Of a stretch of DNA of 64,000 bases, positions 43,637-52,903 are shown in pieces; positions within the stretch are counted from its first letter, which is position 1; the number at the start of each line of letters is the position of its first letter. The notes beneath the pieces were generated by a model. The model searched no databases and was not told where the DNA came from. It saw only the letters and a program-made list of their open reading frames with translations. The stretch is from an uncultured bacterium (GTDB taxonomy: Bacteria > Desulfobacterota_D > UBA1144 > Nemesobacterales > UBA2774), in contig CAVPJU010000010.1 in the NCBI GenBank assembly GCA_963705505.1, forward strand, positions 288,001 to 352,000, in the 5' to 3' direction. Position numbers and translations under genes: made by a program.

Positions 43637-45418
43637 ATGATCAGTATGACAGGCTTGAGAGGAAATAGAGCAGGAATCGTGATAATCATGCTCGCGCTAT
43701 GGGGCATCGTCGTCATGGGCTGTGTTCCGCCCGGTCAGGAAAATACGGCGAATAGAATAGGCTCATCTCCGCAATCCCCGGAAACGCTTCTCGATAACGT
43801 GAGCGGAATTATCAGACAAAGGCTGAGCAGTACCCAGACTCCGAGATCCGTCTCGATCGACGGCGAGAACGTTAAGATATACAGCTCATTACCCGCACTT
43901 TATCAAACAGCGAACTATAAGCCTGTCTGGATCGGGGAGAACGGCCCGATACCCCAGACGAATGTGATGATAGGGGCTATTAAAAACAGCTACATGGAAG
44001 GCTTAAACCCGGAATCATATAACCTCAAGGAGATTGAAGACACACTCTCGAGGATTAAATCAGGGAGCGGCTCGGGCAAATCGCCGGGGCCGGTATTACT
44101 TGCCGAGCTAGACATACTTCTTTCAAACTCTTTTCTGAAATACGCGAACAATCTCCTCTACGGACAGATAACTCCTGAACAAATAAACCTCGAGCTCATA
44201 TTCGGAGAAAAGCCTGTAGACCTGAATGCCCTTCTCATTACGGCTGTGAATGAAAACAAGATCGATGAAACGCTCGCCGGGTTACTGCCGAAGTACCCCG
44301 TTTACGGGAGACTGAGGACTGCGCTCGCGGAGTATAGACAATACGAGGCCGAAGGCGGGTGGAAGCAGGTACCCGGGGGACCGAAATTGAGGAAAGGCGA
44401 GCGCGGCGCGAGGGTCACGGCGCTCAAGGAAAGGCTCGTCGTGACGGGAGAGCTCGACAGCTCCGCACTGGGAAGCGACGTATTCGATGAGACTCTCGAA
44501 CAGGCACTGAGGAAATACCAGGAGATAAACGGCTTATACGTGGACGGCGTCGCGGGGGATTCCACAGTTGAATCCTTAAACGTGCCGGCCGGTGAGCGCG
44601 TGAAGCAGATTGTGCTTACGATGGAGCGCTGGCGTATGCTCCCGCAGGATATGGGAAGCAAATTCGTGCTCGTGAACATCGCCGATTATCACCTCTACGC
44701 GGTGGACAACAACAGGGACGCTATCAGCATGAGGATCGTTGTCGGGAAGCCCAAGTGGAATACCCCTATTTTCAGCGAAGAGATGACTCATATAGTGATC
44801 AACCCATACTGGAACATTCCGCCAAGCATTTTCAGGGACGATATAGCGCCGCTGATAAAGTCTGACCCCGATTACATGGCCGACCGCAATATACAGGCAG
44901 TCGGACTCAATATGGAACAGCCGGAAACGACCGATGAAACGGAGGTCGCTTCGGCCAAGGAGGAATATATCACCAAAGTCCTCTCGGGTAATTACAGGCT
45001 CCGTCAGAACCCCGGCCCTTCCAATCCGCTCGGGAGGATTAAATTCCTTTTCCCGAACAAATACTCGGTTTACCTCCACGATACGCCGAACAGGGGATAT
45101 TTTCAGAGGTCACAGAGGAATTTCAGCCACGGATGCATAAGAGTGGAAAAGCCGGTGGAGCTGGCCGAGTTCGTCCTCTCCTCAGACCCGGAATGGACGG
45201 GTGAGAGAATCCAATCGGCCATAAGCAAAGGGAGAACCCAGACCGTGAGTCTGCCGGTCCCGGTTCCTGTGTACATACTTTACTTCACAGCATGGGCCAA
45301 CGACGACGGCTCCGTGAGCTTCCATAAGGACGTTTACGGGCTCGACCAGGTACTTCAGAACGCCCTCCTCCAGTCAGAATCGAAGAACATGGACGTGGCT
45401 GCTTCAAGTATCCGATAA
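43637..45418 (+). CDS. L,D-transpeptidase (YcbB/LdtD-like) lipoprotein
   Basis: lipobox VMGC, PG-binding domain, NPYWNIP, VYLHDTP, SHGCIRV. Confidence 0.9.
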   Translation: MISMTGLRGNRAGIVIIMLALWGIVVMGCVPPGQENTANRIGSSPQSPETLLDNVSGIIRQRLSSTQTPRSVSIDGENVKIYSSLPALYQTANYKPVWIGENGPIPQTNVMIGAIKNSYMEGLNPESYNLKEIEDTLSRIKSGSGSGKSPGPVLLAELDILLSNSFLKYANNLLYGQITPEQINLELIFGEKPVDLNALLITAVNENKIDETLAGLLPKYPVYGRLRTALAEYRQYEAEGGWKQVPGGPKLRKGERGARVTALKERLVVTGELDSSALGSDVFDETLEQALRKYQEINGLYVDGVAGDSTVESLNVPAGERVKQIVLTMERWRMLPQDMGSKFVLVNIADYHLYAVDNNRDAISMRIVVGKPKWNTPIFSEEMTHIVINPYWNIPPSIFRDDIAPLIKSDPDYMADRNIQAVGLNMEQPETTDETEVASAKEEYITKVLSGNYRLRQNPGPSNPLGRIKFLFPNKYSVYLHDTPNRGYFQRSQRNFSHGCIRVEKPVELAEFVLSSDPEWTGERIQSAISKGRTQTVSLPVPVPVYILYFTAWANDDGSVSFHKDVYGLDQVLQNALLQSESKNMDVAASSIR

Positions 45419-45497
45419 TCCCGTATGTACGATGAGGAAAAGAAGGCTTGGATTCGGCAGGATTCCTGTCTTGGTTGTTATACGATGGATATGAGCA

Positions 45498-45710
45498 TCA
45501 ATTCAGACTGTCTTTTATTACCTGCGTCTGGTTGTTCATAATCACTATGTGTATTTCGGCGGTCCGGCCGTCCTCGAACTTGACCCTGTAAGCCTTACCG
45601 ACCATCTTGTTAACGCTCCCCACAATCTCTCCGACGAGCCCCGGTTCAAAAACCTGGTCCCCGGATTTAATCTTCAGCACGACCTTGAATTTAGTACCCG
45701 GTATATACAT
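45498..45710 (-). CDS. small hypothetical protein, beta-rich
   Basis: ATG with GGTGAGGA RBS, 70 aa. Confidence 0.65.
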   Translation of the reverse strand: MYIPGTKFKVVLKIKSGDQVFEPGLVGEIVGSVNKMVGKAYRVKFEDGRTAEIHIVIMNNQTQVIKDSLN

Positions 45711-45812
45711 TCCTCACCTTCATTAAGCGGATGATATAAATGTCGTGAAACTATTACGACGATCTGCGGCCTGATTCAGAATTTTAATGTTGACTTACGA
45801 TAGGCGACCCGT

Positions 45813-47981
45813 TTAATTCTTTACCGGCTTCGTAAGCCCCGCCTGGAGTCTCTCGCACTCGGCATAAATTTCCTTTGCGGTACCGAGCATCTCCGCCGCA
45901 AGCTCCGCCGAAGGCTCCTGCTTTAGCTTGTCTTTTAGCGCTGCGGATATATCCGTCCACTTCCGATCGGCCTCGCCCGTCCTGACGAGGAGGTTTTCGA
46001 ACTCCCACATGGTCTGCTCACTGGTGAACGGGTCGACGAGCTTCGTGTAGAGCGGTACGTGCGCACTCGCAGCGCAGGAGTGGTAAGACTCCATTATGGA
46101 CGTCGCATACTCGCCGTGAGTGAGGAGTGCCTCAGCCTGCTGCATACGCTTCTGAGCATCGGCAAACGTAGGTACTTTCTCTTCGACCGTGGCCCCGGCG
46201 CATTCCCCCTTCATGCCTTTCTGGAGCTCGAATTTTTCTTCCTCATGCCCCCAGTCGTCATAGAATGAAGGGTCTTCCTCGAATGACGGTATATCGGTGA
46301 ACTTGTTGATCTCGTCCTTTATACGGTCCCGTCCGATCCTTTCCATCAGGAGGTCGAAGTGCTCGTCTCCCTGCCTCTCGTCGCGGTAGATCTCAAGGAG
46401 CCTCTTCACGACTTTAGGAGCGTTCCTGGTGGGGACTTTAATCACCGAGGTCGCAAGCCTCGTATCGTCGCCGTACAGGCCGCCTCCCACGAAGACCTGC
46501 TCCGCCGGGACGTTCCGTCCGTCCCTCGACAGTGAAGCCCCCTGAAAACCAATGCTCGCGACCACGTGCTGGGCGCAAGCGTTGGGGCATCCCGATATCT
46601 TTATACGGAGGTCCTTTGTCAATTCTTTGAATTCCCCGAGTCCGTTACTCATTCCGCCCGTCAGATGATCCGCTAATCCCTTGGCCGATGTTATTCCCAG
46701 GCGGCACGTATCCGCACCGGGGCACGCGGTAATGTCGCCGAACGTGTCGGCGCCGGTGTATGCGAGATCGGCTTCCTTAAGCGCCGCGTATAGAGAAGAC
46801 AGGGCGTTCTTCGGAACCCACCGCAGAACGAAATTCTGGAGTATGGATATGCGTATCTCTCCCGCTGAATAGGTATCGGCGATGTCCGCGAGCACCCTCG
46901 CGCGGCCGGACTTGATATCGCCCAGATGTATCCTGACGTTGACCATCGCGTAATCCGGGAGGGCGTGCGGCAGGACGCAGGACTCCTTCCACTTCAAATA
47001 CGCCGGATCCGATTCCGTCCCCTCCGGGGCAGCCGGAATCTCGACCGCTGACCGTGGAGGTGTATCGTTCTCTTTAATATCCTTTAGATAATCGTTCCAC
47101 GAGGGGTCTATTTTGATACCCGCCCATTCCTCTTCCACTCTCTTTCTGAATTCATCCCAATCGAGGCTCCTGACGAGGAACTTCATACGGGCTTTCATAC
47201 GAACCTTGCGCTCGCCGTAGCGGTCGAATATGCGTATCACGGCGGCTGAGAACGGTATCATGTCCTCGACGGGCATGAACTCCGTCCATAAATAACCGAG
47301 TGAGGGGGAAGCGCCAAGTCCGCCGCCAACGTGCACCTGAAAGCCGCGCCTGAGTACGCCGTCGACCTCTTTGACGCGCGCCCTGAACCCGAGGTCGTGA
47401 ATTCTTACCCCCGCGTGGTCCACATCCTGGCAGCCTTCGAAGCATACCTTGAACTTCCTGCCCATATTCTGGCAGATAGGGTTCCTCAGCATGAAATTCT
47501 TAAACGCTTCGGCATATGGCGTGACATCGAATGTCTCGGTCGGGGAAACACCCGACTGGTGGCACGCGGTTACGTTCCTGACCGTATTTCCGCAGGCCTC
47601 GCGCGTAGTAATGCCCACGTCCGCGAGCTCCCGCATCATGTTCGGCACTGTCGGAAGCTTGATGTAGTAGAGCTGGACGTCCTGTCTCGTGGTAAGGTGC
47701 ATGAAGCCGCTCGCATACTTATCCGAGACGTCGGCGAGTCTTCTCAGCTGGGCCGAGCTGAGTCCGCCGAAGGGTATCTTTATGCGCTGCATTTGGACGC
47801 CTTCCTGACGCTGGGCGTATGTGCCAAGCTGGAGACGTATCTTCTGGAATTTTATATCCCCCGTAAGCCCCGATATGTAGTCCTGGATCTGGCTTTCGAA
47901 AAGGTCGAGCTCCTCCCTGACTACCTGAGGCAGACCCGCCTTTATTTCCTTCATAGATTTCTGTTTAACCTTTACCTCCAT
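45813..47981 (-). CDS. siroheme nitrite/sulfite reductase with C-terminal HEPN-like extension
   Basis: HLTTRQ, ACGNTVRN, CPGADTC and ISGCPNAC siroheme/4Fe-4S ligands. Confidence 0.9.
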   Translation of the reverse strand: MEVKVKQKSMKEIKAGLPQVVREELDLFESQIQDYISGLTGDIKFQKIRLQLGTYAQRQEGVQMQRIKIPFGGLSSAQLRRLADVSDKYASGFMHLTTRQDVQLYYIKLPTVPNMMRELADVGITTREACGNTVRNVTACHQSGVSPTETFDVTPYAEAFKNFMLRNPICQNMGRKFKVCFEGCQDVDHAGVRIHDLGFRARVKEVDGVLRRGFQVHVGGGLGASPSLGYLWTEFMPVEDMIPFSAAVIRIFDRYGERKVRMKARMKFLVRSLDWDEFRKRVEEEWAGIKIDPSWNDYLKDIKENDTPPRSAVEIPAAPEGTESDPAYLKWKESCVLPHALPDYAMVNVRIHLGDIKSGRARVLADIADTYSAGEIRISILQNFVLRWVPKNALSSLYAALKEADLAYTGADTFGDITACPGADTCRLGITSAKGLADHLTGGMSNGLGEFKELTKDLRIKISGCPNACAQHVVASIGFQGASLSRDGRNVPAEQVFVGGGLYGDDTRLATSVIKVPTRNAPKVVKRLLEIYRDERQGDEHFDLLMERIGRDRIKDEINKFTDIPSFEEDPSFYDDWGHEEEKFELQKGMKGECAGATVEEKVPTFADAQKRMQQAEALLTHGEYATSIMESYHSCAASAHVPLYTKLVDPFTSEQTMWEFENLLVRTGEADRKWTDISAALKDKLKQEPSAELAAEMLGTAKEIYAECERLQAGLTKPVKN

Positions 47982-48369
47982 AACTGCTACTCCCTCGGTG
48001 TCATGTTGTTGTAATTCGGAATACTACGGCTTTTAAGGATTATTTTATATAGTGATGGGCTTTTGCGCAAATATGACGTCGTTTGCACGCTTATTAAACT
48101 TGTCATGAGCTTGCAGCATATTTTTATCAATTATGCGCCGCATAAAATACGAACTTGCCAGGATTATTGCAATTAACATACCAAATGTCGAGCCCTGTGT
48201 ATTCATCGTTGCTAACTATCCGCATTCACACAATTAGGTCTCCGGAAACTTCTTTCGGTTAGATATTATGAATTGAAGTTGACTGTTAATGGATATACAG
48301 ACATCGTAAATATTGTATAAAAAGTAATCAAACATTTGTAATGAACGGGACTGCTCCGAACCTGCGCCG

Positions 48370-48387
48370 CTCCTTTACAAAGGAGGG
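48370..48387. repeat. partial palindromic repeat, family D
   Basis: CTCCTTT-AC-AAAGGAG-GG matches 61838-61856 apart from 1 loop base. Confidence 0.6.
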
Positions 48388-48565
48388 AATGAAAGATGAG
48401 ATTGCCGCACTGCTTCGCAGCAGATATGATGCAGAGTACAGGATTCATGATTCAAGCTGAAAGACAATTATATATAGATGTCAAGTAATTCGGGGCAGGA
48501 TTTCAGGGATTAAGCGGTCGAAACTGAAAGCTCAGCAGAATTCCAGAGAGAAGACAAAGAATATT

Positions 48566-48811
48566 CTTCTTTTCCTTGATGAAAAGAAGCAAAAATCACC
48601 CGACAGCACAGAATTGGGCTAAAAATCGCTCGCTAACCCTAAAATGTTTTAATTCCACCCCAATTAGTATTAAGGCTTAGCGAAGCAAGACTCATGACAT
48701 ATTGCATTTAGCGAATGGCGTCCGATTCCTTGCTTGCTCGGAATCGTCCCCTAAAACATTTTTTTACGCGCTAACAAGCGATTTTCTTTACGCCAATTCT
48801 GTGAATGTCGG
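48566..48811. repeat. long nested fold-back element (structured repeat or ncRNA)
   Basis: 9-bp hairpin followed by four concentric perfect arm pairs of 6, 11, 9 and 10 bp. Confidence 0.75.
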
Positions 48812-48920
48812 AAAATATAAATCTCCTTTTTTTATCTTTTGTCCCAAGAGAATTCCAGCCCCGAATTATTTAACATCTACAGCACTGACAGGGTTGGCAA
48901 GAACGGTGAGTAAGGAAGGG

Positions 48921-48944
48921 TCGCGGCTGGAAGCCGCTCCTACG
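48921..48944 (-). repeat. GTAG-type REP, family A copy 1
   Basis: GTAG-GA-GCGGCT-TCC-AGCCGC-GA; 24 bp identical to 51518-51541. Confidence 0.85.
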
Positions 48945-49019
48945 GAGAAATTAGAAACGCTGAATTTATCGTTGATAATGACAAGGCGGGACCGGTTAAG
49001 CTAAAGCAGGTAATGACGC

Positions 49020-49262
49020 TTATATCCCGTTCTCTTCGCGGAATTTCGATATCTCTTTCCAGACGGCGTCCGTCAATTGGTCCTTGGTAACGCGGGAGAA
49101 TATTTTTCTCAATATCCTCTTCTCGTCCTCGTCGATAACGTTGTCCTCAAGCGCTATCTTTTCGAGCATGCGCAGCTCTCCCTCGCTGATGGTATCGTCA
49201 TTCGCGAAAACCACCAGATAGGCGTATCCCATCAACTTTTTAGCTCCTGATTCCGGGCCCAT
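49020..49262 (-). CDS. small hypothetical protein (80 aa), possibly TerB-like
   Basis: AAGGAG RBS before ATG 49262; repeated DDTISEGE/DNVIDEDE units. Confidence 0.7.
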   Translation of the reverse strand: MGPESGAKKLMGYAYLVVFANDDTISEGELRMLEKIALEDNVIDEDEKRILRKIFSRVTKDQLTDAVWKEISKFREENGI

Positions 49263-49330
49263 CTCTGTCTCTCCTTTGTCAAAAAGTATAAATTGGAGCA
49301 GGAGTATAAACAAGAATTGTTAAGAGAATG

Positions 49331-50539
49331 TTAAGCGAAAAAATGTGTAATAAAATGGGTAATAATGGTGCCGAAGGCGGGGGTCGGGCCCGCACGCCCG
49401 GAGGGCACTACCTTCAGGCAACAGTATTCACAGTAGCAAAAACGACCGGAAAAAATCTGATTAAACACTTCGCGGATGGCGCCCAGATCCATTTGCATCG
49501 CGGTCGGCAACCGTTTTAGATGTGATTTTTGTTTAACGAATGCCATGTCATGGCGAGCCATTATAAAACCCGGTATCAACGGAAGCCAGAGCGTTAAGCC
49601 CCGCAGCAAGAGCGTGCCCGTTAGCGCTGCCTCGATAGGAACACCCAGGAGTGTGAGGGTGGCAGTAGAGCCGGCCTCGAAGCTGCCTATGCCGCCGGGG
49701 AGAAAAGAGACTGTGCCGGCAATCGAAGCCATGACAAAGGCCGCAAAAGCTGTGATCGGCGGGGCTGATATACCAATTGCCCGGAGCACTGACCAGAGTG
49801 TCCCGGAATCGAGAAAAAATATCGCCATTTGGAGCAGACTACACACCGTGACCAGCGCCGGTGAGCCTATCCTGTCCGGCGATACGTGAGATACGGCATC
49901 CAGGAAGCGCGATATCCTCTCACTCCGGCCAAGCCGTCCGGGCGGATGCCATTTCCTGTGCCGCAGAAGCCACCAGATAGTCAACGGTATAATCGTTGCT
50001 ATGACCGCAAAAGCAGCAAGAAGCCACCTGACTAAAGGAGTAACGTCATGGTGCAGCCATAGTATCGTGACGGTTATCACTGCTACCACGACGTAAGCTG
50101 CATATCGTGACAATATATCGATTATTAACGCCTCCATCGCCAGCCGGCCCGGCAGGCCGTAACGCCTCATCGCACGCACGACAGCAAGATTGCCCGCCAT
50201 TCCCACAGTCGGTATGAGCTGATCGACCGTCAGTTTTTCAACAGCGAGGCGAACAAGCACGCCAATCCGCAAATGATGCCCGCCAGACCGAGCAACTTGC
50301 CCCCAAATAGCTCCCGCACAACAATACGTGCCCAGCTGCAAAAGAACCGCGAGTACAAGCCACCCAGGCTCAGCTCGTTCGAGGGTGAGGGCAAAGCGCT
50401 CTGTGTCACCCCGATGAGTAATCACCAGTACGATTAAGAAAACCAGCATAAGAAGACTTATAAGAAAGGCAGCCTTTGGAACTCCCAGGGAGACCGGTTT
50501 TTCTTCCGATTGCTCGGATTCATGTTGAGGTGTGTTCAT
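49331..50539 (-). CDS. lysylphosphatidylglycerol synthase TM (UPF0104/flippase-like) membrane protein with aberrant C-terminus
   Basis: multiple TM helices, LPGGIGSFEA, LLLRGLTLWLP; tail reads through the tRNA-derived repeat. Confidence 0.8.
   Translation of the reverse strand: MNTPQHESEQSEEKPVSLGVPKAAFLISLLMLVFLIVLVITHRGDTERFALTLERAEPGWLVLAVLLQLGTYCCAGAIWGQVARSGGHHLRIGVLVRLAVEKLTVDQLIPTVGMAGNLAVVRAMRRYGLPGRLAMEALIIDILSRYAAYVVVAVITVTILWLHHDVTPLVRWLLAAFAVIATIIPLTIWWLLRHRKWHPPGRLGRSERISRFLDAVSHVSPDRIGSPALVTVCSLLQMAIFFLDSGTLWSVLRAIGISAPPITAFAAFVMASIAGTVSFLPGGIGSFEAGSTATLTLLGVPIEAALTGTLLLRGLTLWLPLIPGFIMARHDMAFVKQKSHLKRLPTAMQMDLGAIREVFNQIFSGRFCYCEYCCLKVVPSGRAGPTPAFGTIITHFITHFFA
49366..49412 (-). 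repeat. decayed duplicate of the tRNA-Leu 3' half (att-like)
   Basis: 43/47 identical to 51220-51266, including CCA. Confidence 0.9.
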
Positions 50540-50730
50540 CCTCTCATGCGACCCGGAATAATGGATGTGAGTGATAATTCAATGTAATAGATAATCTACC
50601 ATAGAGCCCGCCCTCAATAAGGATCTATCTATACGACTATACAATTCCATATATCCGGAATTTGGCTTTCAGGTCTTCAGGGATCCGATTATGATAGGTG
50701 CTTATCGGTACTACTATAAATACACTAATG

Positions 50731-51138
50731 TCATTTCTTCGTGGCTTCCACCATCTTACTCTCGATAGCTGCGCGCCCCTCGAAAGTCTGAAGAGGTACG
50801 ACTTTCCACTTCAGCACGCCCCATATGGGAAGAGAGCGCAACAGCCTATCGACTTCATCATTTGACGATGCTTCCACGATGAAGACAATAGCACGGTCGC
50901 CAGCGGGCACCCCGCCTGTGATTTTTCCTTCCTTCTCAAGCTTAATCAGCTGATCGAATGTCGGAAGGACGACACTCTTAAGAAAGGCATCCATTTTCTC
51001 GGGGGACGCAGAAGCAGGTCCTCCAGTTCCCGAAACCAGGTATTTCATGGACTTTGCCTGCTGCGAAAAGGAATCCTGAGCCGATAAAAAGGAGAACGAA
51101 CACACTAATGCCGTAATTATTAACATATATCTAATCAT
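50731..51138 (-). CDS. exported muconolactone-isomerase/YCII-like protein
   Basis: GAGGAGG RBS, signal peptide, IVEASSNDEVDRLLRSLP..W.VVPL pattern. Confidence 0.7.
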   Translation of the reverse strand: MIRYMLIITALVCSFSFLSAQDSFSQQAKSMKYLVSGTGGPASASPEKMDAFLKSVVLPTFDQLIKLEKEGKITGGVPAGDRAIVFIVEASSNDEVDRLLRSLPIWGVLKWKVVPLQTFEGRAAIESKMVEATKK

Positions 51139-51219
51139 GGAACCCTCCTCGTAATGCTTGGATTGTATTTGATTCCGATTATAACAGAGCGGGATGCCGA
51201 ATTCTACGATTTGTAAAGG

Positions 51220-51305
51220 TGGTGCCGAAGGCGGGAGTCGAACCCGCACGCCCGGAGGGCACCACCCCCTCAAGATGGCGCGTCTGCCAGTTCCGCCACT
51301 TCGGC
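51220..51305 (-). tRNA. tRNA-Leu(GAG)
   Basis: 86-nt cloverleaf: GCCGAAG/CTTCGGC acceptor stem, CCATC-TTGAGGG-GGTGG anticodon arm, long variable arm, TTCGACT loop, encoded CCA. Confidence 0.97.
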
Positions 51306-51408
51306 ACTTGTCAGTTCAAGTCTAGCATAAAGACGAGGGAAAAATAAATTAGCACAAAGCCGCCGGATTTCAAGGGTAACCCCGAACGGGATGAGAAGAT
51401 GGGATTTC

Positions 51409-51589
51409 CCATCCTTCGACAAGCTCAGGATGAACGGGTTAGAAGAAACTGCTTGTTTTATTTTAAAAGACCCCCATCCAAACCTTCCCCCCGCCTCGGG
51501 GGAAGGATTTAAGGGAATCGCGGCTGGAAGCCGCTCCTACGATTTGTTTGAATGCAAAATACTGGATTCCCGATTTCTCGGGAATGACA
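51409..51589. repeat. cluster of four different REP-like palindromes
   Basis: B 51409-51440, D 51471-51506, A 51518-51541, C 51562-51589; each has a relative elsewhere in the window. Confidence 0.85.
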
Positions 51590-51623
51590 ATATGTTAAGG
51601 AGGAGTATAAAAACAAAAAGGAA

Positions 51624-52853
51624 TCAAGCCCCGTACTTCTGGAGACGTCCTGAATGGGCGAGTATAAGGGTCATTAAATCAACGGCCCTGAAAGTGCCGA
51701 GCTCTCCCCTGCTGCACTCGGTCTCCCCGAAACCCTGAGACCCCCCTGCCCTCGCGTATTTCGAGCTCATCAGGATCGGCACGGGATGCCAGCTGTGGGA
51801 TTTCATTGCGGCGGGGGTCGAATGGTCGCCCGTGACGACTATCACGTCGGGTTTCAAAGCCGCGATCTCCGGAACGAAGCTGTCGAACTCCTCTATGACC
51901 TTCGCCTTAGCGTCGAAATTCCCGTCCTCGCCGTAGCTGTCGGTCTTCTTCACGTGGAGGTAAAAAAAGTCGTATTTATCGAAATCCCTTTTTAATGTTT
52001 CGATCTCGCTCTTGATCGTCATGTCCTCGACCTCGAGCACGTCCATGCCCACGAGCTTCGCGACTCCCCTGTACATCGGATATGTCGCAATACACGCGGC
52101 ATGGAGCCCGTACGCGTCCGTATATGAAGTGAGGTTCGGATGGACTGCGAACCCCCTGAGCAGGAGGTAATTTGCCCTTTCCTCATCGCGTATGACCTTC
52201 GCAGCCTGATTGATGAACTTCTCTATGACCTTTGCGACCTTTGCAGCCTTGGGATTATTCCCCTTCGGAATGAGCGGGCTCTTGCCCTCAAGCTGCGGGT
52301 CCGTATCGTGAATATCGTCCCCGCCCGCGGGTATGGGCTCGGGGAAAGTGAAAATGACGGCCACCCTGTGCTCCATGCCTGAAGTTATAGAGACCTTCAC
52401 CCCGTCTATTTCTTTTATCTTCTCCGCAATGCGCGCGACGATTCTAATATTCTCCTGAGTGGGTATCCTGCCCGCACGCCTGTCGGTTACGACGGGCGTA
52501 TCGCCCTCGTATTTTACGGTCGCGAAGTTCCCCCTCATCGCAAGGTCGTTCGGTGAAAGCTCCAATCCCAGTCCCAAAGCCTCGAGCACGCCGCGCCCGA
52601 TTTCATACTTGAGCGGGTCGTAGCCGAAGAGACCCAGATGAGCCGCGCCGCTTCCGGGTGTGATGCCTATAGCCACGGGGAAATGCTGCCCGCAGGCCCC
52701 CTTCCTCGCAAGCTCGTCGAGATTGGGCGTGGAGGCCGCCTCGAGCTCGGTCTTTCCGTTTCTCGGGAGCCCGCCCAACCCGTCGAGCACGCAAAGGACG
52801 ATTTTCGTATTATTGGGCTGGAGAATTTTCCTTATAACTTCCTGCATTTTCAC
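51624..52853 (-). CDS. apgM: 2,3-bisphosphoglycerate-independent phosphoglycerate mutase (ApgM type)
   Basis: LDGLGG, TPGSGAAHLGLFGYDP, DRRAGRI, TGDHSTP, HSWHPVP. Confidence 0.93.
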   Translation of the reverse strand: MKMQEVIRKILQPNNTKIVLCVLDGLGGLPRNGKTELEAASTPNLDELARKGACGQHFPVAIGITPGSGAAHLGLFGYDPLKYEIGRGVLEALGLGLELSPNDLAMRGNFATVKYEGDTPVVTDRRAGRIPTQENIRIVARIAEKIKEIDGVKVSITSGMEHRVAVIFTFPEPIPAGGDDIHDTDPQLEGKSPLIPKGNNPKAAKVAKVIEKFINQAAKVIRDEERANYLLLRGFAVHPNLTSYTDAYGLHAACIATYPMYRGVAKLVGMDVLEVEDMTIKSEIETLKRDFDKYDFFYLHVKKTDSYGEDGNFDAKAKVIEEFDSFVPEIAALKPDVIVVTGDHSTPAAMKSHSWHPVPILMSSKYARAGGSQGFGETECSRGELGTFRAVDLMTLILAHSGRLQKYGA

Positions 52854-52903
52854 ACCTCAGAGAGTAGATACTACATTTTCCCTTACCTGAGCGAGTAATC
52901 AAG

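Larger units (their letters stand above)
49366..51266. mobile_element. integrase-less genomic islet at tRNA-Leu
   Basis: bounded by the direct repeat of the tRNA 3' half; two cargo genes. Confidence 0.7.

Noticed and set aside
48131..48145. TTATGCG-C-CGCATAA palindrome upstream of the reductase
   Set aside because: single 7-1-7 dyad with no second full copy or assignable regulator
48266..49004. ORFs 48266-48448 and 48702-49004
   Set aside because: run across repeat elements, no RBS or protein-like composition
49366..49412. second functional tRNA
   Set aside because: no D-arm or 5' acceptor strand, and the T-loop is mutated
51139..51738. N-terminal extension of ORF 50731-51273 and ORF 51391-51738
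   Set aside because: overlap the tRNA and REP cluster; the real start is 51138
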